Shown here in pieces: positions 59,048 to 64,000 of a stretch of DNA of 64,000 bases. Both the position numbers and the translations under genes were made by a program. The DNA comes from Planctomycetota bacterium (GTDB lineage: Bacteria; Planctomycetota; JACQVV01; JASMLP01): the NCBI GenBank assembly GCA_030748635.1, contig JASMLP010000027.1, positions 1,227-65,226 of the forward strand. Reading direction: 5' to 3'. A model generated the notes under the pieces. The model ran no database searches. It saw only the letters and a list, made by a program, of their open reading frames with translations, and was not told the DNA's origin. Numbering within the stretch: the stretch's first letter is position 1; each line of letters begins with the position of its first letter.

Positions 59048-62000
59048 CTAGCGGGGTTGAGTAGGGGCTGGAATTCGAATTGTCGAAGGGAACCCCCATG
59101 CGCTGGCTTCGGGGCGGTCGATCGGACTCATGCGTGTTGGGGGAAGCTGATAGGTCCCCGGGATGGAGCATTCGATCAGGTAGCTGAAAAAGATCGTTTT
59201 CGATTTCGAGATCGTCTGGTGTAGATCGAGGGTGAGAGAGGGCTCGATTCGAAGAGATTCTTCGTCTTCTCGACTCATGGGGGTTGTGGCGATCAGGCGT
59301 GAGGCGGGGGGAAGAGGTTCTTCGAGACGGTAGGCGCCCGAAGCGAGAGGTGGGTCGGACACGAGTTGAACCAGGTAGGTTGTTGGTCCCAGAGAAGGTA
59401 CGGGAGTGAATCGCCGCTCAATACGGGAGGGGACATTGGGCTGTCGAAGAAGGGGCTGGTAGGCGATCGATAGAAAAATCGGGGAAGTTCCGTTCGAAAG
59501 TGTGGGAGAGAACAGACGAGAATCTGGAGATGATCCCTGGTAAGGGTGAATTTGTGGACCCCCAGATTGAGCTTTGATTTTCCATCGATCTGACCCTATC
59601 TGAATTTCCCAGGATGTTTCGGGGGAGAGGGAGGCGGGGTAGGGAAGACTGAGAATAGTGAGTAGGATTTCGAAGCTATTACGGTCGGTTCCCCATCCCG
59701 GACCTCGGGTTCGACGCGCGAGAAGATATCCGAAGCCACGAAGGATCTCTTCCGGGTGTGCCCCGGGGGAGGAGGAGAGTCCTCGAAGGACGCGATTGGT
59801 GATCGAGAAACTATCCTGCGACCATTCGGGATGTCCCTCGCGACCCCAGAAGGAGTACGGTTCACGAGTGTTCTTGCGATCCAGGATGCGGTTTCGGAGG
59901 GCGGTGGACTCCTCCTCCAGCTTCAATATCAGGCAGCATTCCAGCGCTATCGAAAGGCCACGAGAATCGATGGTTTCGAGAGGAGTCGAGGAGAGTAGTT
60001 GAATGCAACGATCGACGGATTCCGAGGGGTTGATCAAAGATTCGCAAAGGAGCAAGGACCACTGGCTGATGGGGTCCTGAGAGTCCTGACGATTCCGAAC
60101 GGTCTCCAGATAGCCGGCGATCATATTTTCTGGTATTGCGAGTCCCAAATTTCGGGCTCGGAGGATCTGCTCGAAAATCCAGGCGGTCTTCTGGAGGGGG
60201 CTATTGAAAAGCGAAGTGTCGGGGTCGGGTTCTGGCCAGTCTGGAAGTTCGGCGTGGAGTGCGTCCTGGATCGCTGAGAGTAGCCACGGAGGGGCGCCTC
60301 CAGGCCAGCGGCGGGACCATTCCAGGGCGAGAAAGGGGGCCAGACGACGGATGATCTTCGATTCCGCATCTCGGGATGCCGGGTGTGTCAGCGATTTCAG
60401 GAGTTCGGGAAGAAATGCCGCAGGGGATGGATATAGGTGCAGATGTGTGATCGTTTGGGGAAGCCACTCCGAGGTCCAACTTTTGGAGGGAGTGTGGGGG
60501 GAAAGTGTGCCAGAGACCAGTTCGGACCGACGCGTATTGGGAGACACCGTGCCAATATTGAAGGTCCAGGATTTTGGGCCGAGTTGAAAATGCTGGGGTC
60601 CGGGGCCGTTCAGAGGAGTCCATAGAGTCGTGGGCGAATCCGGTTCGAAGTGAATTTCCGGACTGGAACCGGTCGAGGATCGGAGCCGACCTCGGAAGGA
60701 GGACCGGGAACGGATTTCGATGGGGCACAGTGGGCGGTCACCGATCCGAAGAGTGCGGGGAATCCGAGCGTTCCAGGAGAGATTGCCCGGAGGGGGGAGC
60801 ACCTCTCGTGTTTCGATGAGTTTGTTGTTGGCGTCCGAATAGAAGGTCGAGCGAATCTTGTGGATTCCGCTTCGTACGTGGCGTACGCCGGGTGGAGAGG
60901 TGAGAGGTGGTTGTACAGGAGAGAAGGGGAGTATGGAACCGTCGGCGAGAGTCACTTGTAATCGATTCAGGAGGCCCGGTGGGGTTGCCGAGGGCAGGGA
61001 GTCGGACAGGAGGAGTTTTTGAAGTGCTGGAGTGGAAATGCGGTTCGGCGTGGAGACGATGAGAGAGTCCCGGTGAAATCGATAGGCAAGGTGATTTCGG
61101 GTGGCGAGGCGATCTAATACATGCCGAGCCGAAGCTCCACGAGTTTCGAAATCGACTCTTGTCGTGGACCAGTCGGATTGTTGTCGGAGGAAAGGATCTA
61201 ACTGAATTTCAATGCGGGTAGCGTACTCCAGGGAACGGAATGCCGTTTCAAGCAGTAATCCCTTCAGATTCAGAGGGAGAGTTCGTTCGATACGTTTTTC
61301 CGGATCTTGGGAGGAGAGGACTCCGGTTTTGGGCGCTCTTTCGATGGAGAGGGCTCGTCGTGCGGTTTCAGCAGCGTATTGAGCGGTGTCGTGATCCGGA
61401 AAATGACGAAGGATATCTTCAGCGAGCCAGATAGCGGTTCGGAATTCCTTCTGGCGAAGAGCGGTGAGCATATGAAGGGTCAGGGCATCGATGCGGCGAA
61501 TTGTGCTCCGGCGATCTCTCTGGGGGAGATAGACCGCTTGACCAGGAAAAGAGAGATCTTCCGAGAGGGTGAATCGTCCTGGTAAAGGGAAGAGAGAGAA
61601 GAAGGAGTGGATTCGCGGACTAGAAAGAAAATCCAGTGTTTCGGTGTATTCGAACAGTTTGGATGTGGGGAGAATTGTGGGGGGAGGAGATGACGCAAAG
61701 GTGCGATCGATCGTTTTCCATCCACTGGGAGTTTTGTGGTGCATTCGGAAATACACTTTTTCGCCTGGCAGTAGCGAAGGAAGTGAAAGGTCGAACCAGA
61801 TCGGTTGATCGGGTGTTAGGAGGCCACGGTGATGAAGGAGTTTGTTGGATGTTTCAGCCGTGAACCAGGCCAGGCTATGGGACGTCTCGTGTTGAAGGAG
61901 AACTCGGAAAGAATTTGGGTGATCCGGATGGCGTTCGATATCGAGATGGGGGCCAGGAACGCTCGGAAACGGAAGCTTGGAGCTTGAAGGCGGGAGTTGA

Positions 62001-63496
62001 ATGACTCGGTCGGTAGCGATCTCTTCCTGAGAGCGAAAAGTAACCCGATATCGCCCTGGATCGGGGAGTACCAGTTGTTTCGAAATAGATCCTGTCCATT
62101 CGATGATCTCGTCGAGTATTGGAGAGGATTCGGATCCCAGATCACGGGAAATTGTCAATTTCCCCTTGCAACGCGATCCCGGAGCGTGGAGATGTGCCAT
62201 GAGAACCTCTCCAGGGGCGAGCAGTTTTCTTTGAATGCTCAGGCGGCCCGATGGAATTTTTCGCGAGGATCGGGGAGGAGGAGGTGAAGCGCGTGGTCCG
62301 TCCGGTTGGAGGAACCAACTGCCTCGATGAATGCGTGATCCGATGAAAAAAAGTAGTTTTCCTTCCCCCGCCTGAAGGGGGGTGGAAGTTGGTATCGTAA
62401 GTTTTTGGCGAGCGCGCCCCCATCGATCCAGTTGAACCGTTTTTTGGATCTGAAAGGAATTGTTGGGTCCGACGAGACGTACGATACAGTTCTGGTCTCG
62501 AGTGATTTCTGCCGGCTCTACCTGGATGAGAATGGTTATGGATTGCCCAGGGGTGGTTTCGGCCGGAAAGGCTCTCAGATAGACCCTTTCTTCAGATCCA
62601 GAGGGTGGGGCGGGAGCTATAGGGATCCACGTGTGAATTCCGTTCTGCTCGGCAAGGATACCCAGGGGCAATGGATGGGCGGGGGCTAATCGGGCGATGC
62701 CGCGGGAGTCGGTCGTTGTTTTCATGACCGATAATTCATCGCGCCCCTCAAAAAAACGGGCTTTGGGAACTCCGGTTCCATCTTCTCGAGCAAGTTTTAT
62801 GGTGACCTCCTGAGAGGTGCGGAGAGCCCATCCCTGATAGGGGGTGATCCAGATGGGCGCCAGGGTCAGGTGCCCGGGACTGAGTACACCCCAAAGGTAT
62901 AATCCAGGAACTCCGCCAGGCGGATAGTGTATTCGGGTCCATTTACCTGGAGAAGCTTCCTCTTTGGGAAGAACCGCGATCAGGGTCAGGGAGCCGATTT
63001 CGGGAGAAGAGGGATGCGCGTCGATGCGCCAGTCGGCATCGGGAGCTTTTGTCTTGGTGAGGGATGAGTGGGAGAGGCATCGCCTGATTTTCGAAATCGC
63101 ATGCTCTGGGTGGGTGATTCCGGACCGACCGATGGGACAGTGCCGGAGGAACTCTGAAGGGGAATCGACCCGAAAAAGAAGTGGAAGTGCGGGAACCGCT
63201 TCGAGGAAGCCGATTCGCAGGGGAATCGGTTGGTGGGGCCGGACTGGGCCGTCGGTTCGTAGGTCGTGAGGAGAATGTCTCGGAGGGTTGAGAGGGCGGT
63301 CAGTTTTTGTCGGAGGTGTCTCGGCGGGGGGGCGCACTGGAGAATGGGGTTGAGGCCGCGGATTGGGGGTGGGTTGAGGGATGTTGCAGCCCTGAATACC
63401 GCCTAAAAGGGAGAGAGTGAGGAGTGCGAATCGAAAAAGCATCGTCTCGTTTCCCGGTAGCAAGTGGCCTGTAGAATTGGGGCTCGATCTTGGCAA
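59048..63496 (-). CDS. Very large secreted/lipoprotein-like protein, alpha-2-macroglobulin-like architecture without an evident CxEQ thioester motif
   Basis: 1482 aa. Likely start at MLFRFALLTLSLLGGIQGC (63442). Long beta-rich N-terminal two-thirds. Central alpha-helical region (WIFEQILRARNLGL..). C-terminal ..PGTYQLPPTRMSPIDRPEASAWG resembles the A2M receptor-binding-domain terminus. Family assignment is tentative. Confidence 0.5.
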   Translation of the reverse strand: MPRSSPNSTGHLLPGNETMLFRFALLTLSLLGGIQGCNIPQPTPNPRPQPHSPVRPPAETPPTKTDRPLNPPRHSPHDLRTDGPVRPHQPIPLRIGFLEAVPALPLLFRVDSPSEFLRHCPIGRSGITHPEHAISKIRRCLSHSSLTKTKAPDADWRIDAHPSSPEIGSLTLIAVLPKEEASPGKWTRIHYPPGGVPGLYLWGVLSPGHLTLAPIWITPYQGWALRTSQEVTIKLAREDGTGVPKARFFEGRDELSVMKTTTDSRGIARLAPAHPLPLGILAEQNGIHTWIPIAPAPPSGSEERVYLRAFPAETTPGQSITILIQVEPAEITRDQNCIVRLVGPNNSFQIQKTVQLDRWGRARQKLTIPTSTPLQAGEGKLLFFIGSRIHRGSWFLQPDGPRASPPPPRSSRKIPSGRLSIQRKLLAPGEVLMAHLHAPGSRCKGKLTISRDLGSESSPILDEIIEWTGSISKQLVLPDPGRYRVTFRSQEEIATDRVIQLPPSSSKLPFPSVPGPHLDIERHPDHPNSFRVLLQHETSHSLAWFTAETSNKLLHHRGLLTPDQPIWFDLSLPSLLPGEKVYFRMHHKTPSGWKTIDRTFASSPPPTILPTSKLFEYTETLDFLSSPRIHSFFSLFPLPGRFTLSEDLSFPGQAVYLPQRDRRSTIRRIDALTLHMLTALRQKEFRTAIWLAEDILRHFPDHDTAQYAAETARRALSIERAPKTGVLSSQDPEKRIERTLPLNLKGLLLETAFRSLEYATRIEIQLDPFLRQQSDWSTTRVDFETRGASARHVLDRLATRNHLAYRFHRDSLIVSTPNRISTPALQKLLLSDSLPSATPPGLLNRLQVTLADGSILPFSPVQPPLTSPPGVRHVRSGIHKIRSTFYSDANNKLIETREVLPPPGNLSWNARIPRTLRIGDRPLCPIEIRSRSSFRGRLRSSTGSSPEIHFEPDSPTTLWTPLNGPGPQHFQLGPKSWTFNIGTVSPNTRRSELVSGTLSPHTPSKSWTSEWLPQTITHLHLYPSPAAFLPELLKSLTHPASRDAESKIIRRLAPFLALEWSRRWPGGAPPWLLSAIQDALHAELPDWPEPDPDTSLFNSPLQKTAWIFEQILRARNLGLAIPENMIAGYLETVRNRQDSQDPISQWSLLLCESLINPSESVDRCIQLLSSTPLETIDSRGLSIALECCLILKLEEESTALRNRILDRKNTREPYSFWGREGHPEWSQDSFSITNRVLRGLSSSPGAHPEEILRGFGYLLARRTRGPGWGTDRNSFEILLTILSLPYPASLSPETSWEIQIGSDRWKIKAQSGGPQIHPYQGSSPDSRLFSPTLSNGTSPIFLSIAYQPLLRQPNVPSRIERRFTPVPSLGPTTYLVQLVSDPPLASGAYRLEEPLPPASRLIATTPMSREDEESLRIEPSLTLDLHQTISKSKTIFFSYLIECSIPGTYQLPPTRMSPIDRPEASAWGFPSTIRIPAPTQPR

Positions 63497-63544
63497 TCTT
63501 GGTTTGCTTAGGAATAATCCTGGCTTGCGTATCGGTTCGAGTCA

Positions 63545-63551
63545 AGGAGGG
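63545..63551 (+). promoter_or_regulatory. Shine-Dalgarno sequence for argG
   Basis: aaggagg 8 nt upstream of the ATG at 63560. Confidence 0.6.
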
Positions 63552-63559
63552 CAAGGATC

Positions 63560-64000
63560 ATGGCTAAAATAAAAAAGGTTGTGCTCGCGTATTCGGGAGG
63601 GCTGGATACATCGGTCATTCTGCGCTGGATTCAGGAAACCTATGACGCGGAGGTGATCACTTTCACTGCGGATATCGGCCAGGGAGAAGAGGTCGAAGAG
63701 GCCAGGCAGAAGGCGCTCGATACGGGCGCGGTCAAAGCCTATGCGCTGGATCTCAGTTCCGCATTTGTGGAAGAGTTCGTTTATCCCGCCATGCGAGCTG
63801 GTGCGATATACGAAAACGAATATCTTCTTGGAACCGCTTTGGCCCGGCCTTTGATCGCTCGGGAGATGATCCGTATCGCTGAGGAAGAGGAAGCGGATGC
63901 CGTCAGTCATGGGGCGACGGGAAAGGGGAATGATCAGATCCGTTTCGAATTGACATTTTACGCTTTGCGTCCAGATATACACGTTATTGCCCCGTGGCGT
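63560..64000 (+). CDS. argG: Argininosuccinate synthase (3' end beyond window)
   Basis: [23 protein letters not shown] (PP-loop SGGLDTS)..[13 protein letters not shown]. Not in the ORF track because there is no stop within the window. Confidence 0.9.
   Translation, partial: MAKIKKVVLAYSGGLDTSVILRWIQETYDAEVITFTADIGQGEEVEEARQKALDTGAVKAYALDLSSAFVEEFVYPAMRAGAIYENEYLLGTALARPLIAREMIRIAEEEEADAVSHGATGKGNDQIRFELTFYALRPDIHVIAPWR

Noticed and set aside
1-64000. CRISPR arrays, transposases, integrases, phage structural genes, toxin-antitoxin pairs
   Set aside because: There are no regularly spaced direct repeats. None of the readable ORFs show DDE/tyrosine-recombinase, capsid/terminase or classic TA signatures. 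The tRNA-Thr at 45911-45986 has no adjacent integrase or att-like duplication.

Overview
This 64 kb window is high-GC (roughly 58-60% by eye) and densely coding. It looks like an ordinary bacterial chromosomal region. I found no transposases, integrases, phage genes or CRISPR arrays. The gene content (a Ser/Thr kinase fused to an FGE-sulfatase-like domain, several HEAT-repeat proteins, jelly-roll/DUF1080-like periplasmic proteins, several sigma-54 enhancer-binding proteins, an H+-pyrophosphatase, tricorn and archaemetzincin homologs) is most consistent with a Planctomycetota/PVC-like or similar environmental Gram-negative genome. That taxonomy is inference only. Confidently recognisable genes are rsfS, a GAF/PAS histidine kinase, an HDOD protein, hppA, an ABC-2 transporter pair, Fe/Mn superoxide dismutase, tricorn protease, two sigma-54 activators (GAF-type and FHA-type), two tandem M28/PA-domain peptidases, guaB-guaA, a GT2 glycosyltransferase, tRNA-Thr(CGU), a DUF523 protein, a second Ser/Thr kinase, prepilin peptidase, a SpoU/TrmH methyltransferase, hisH, a secreted thermonuclease, an ABC exporter, a 1482-aa alpha-2-macroglobulin-like protein and the 5' end of argG. 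The most notable system is a five-gene minus-strand operon (31729-37555). It encodes a ThrC-like PLP enzyme with a zinc ribbon, an SsnA-like amidohydrolase, a YgeY-like M20 hydrolase, a YgeW-like knotted carbamoyltransferase and a YqeA-like carbamate kinase. This resembles the enterobacterial ygeW-ssnA island, whose substrate is still unresolved, but here it stands without the xanthine dehydrogenase or selenium genes. Other points worth a second look are rsfS embedded in a signalling operon, a translationally coupled DUF523/Ser-Thr-kinase/prepilin-peptidase triad, N-terminal C4 zinc ribbons recurring on unrelated membrane proteins, and a membrane-anchored GXGXG-domain protein. Because of the high GC, many long antisense ORFs in the track are spurious. 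I made CDS calls only where protein-level family signatures were readable.
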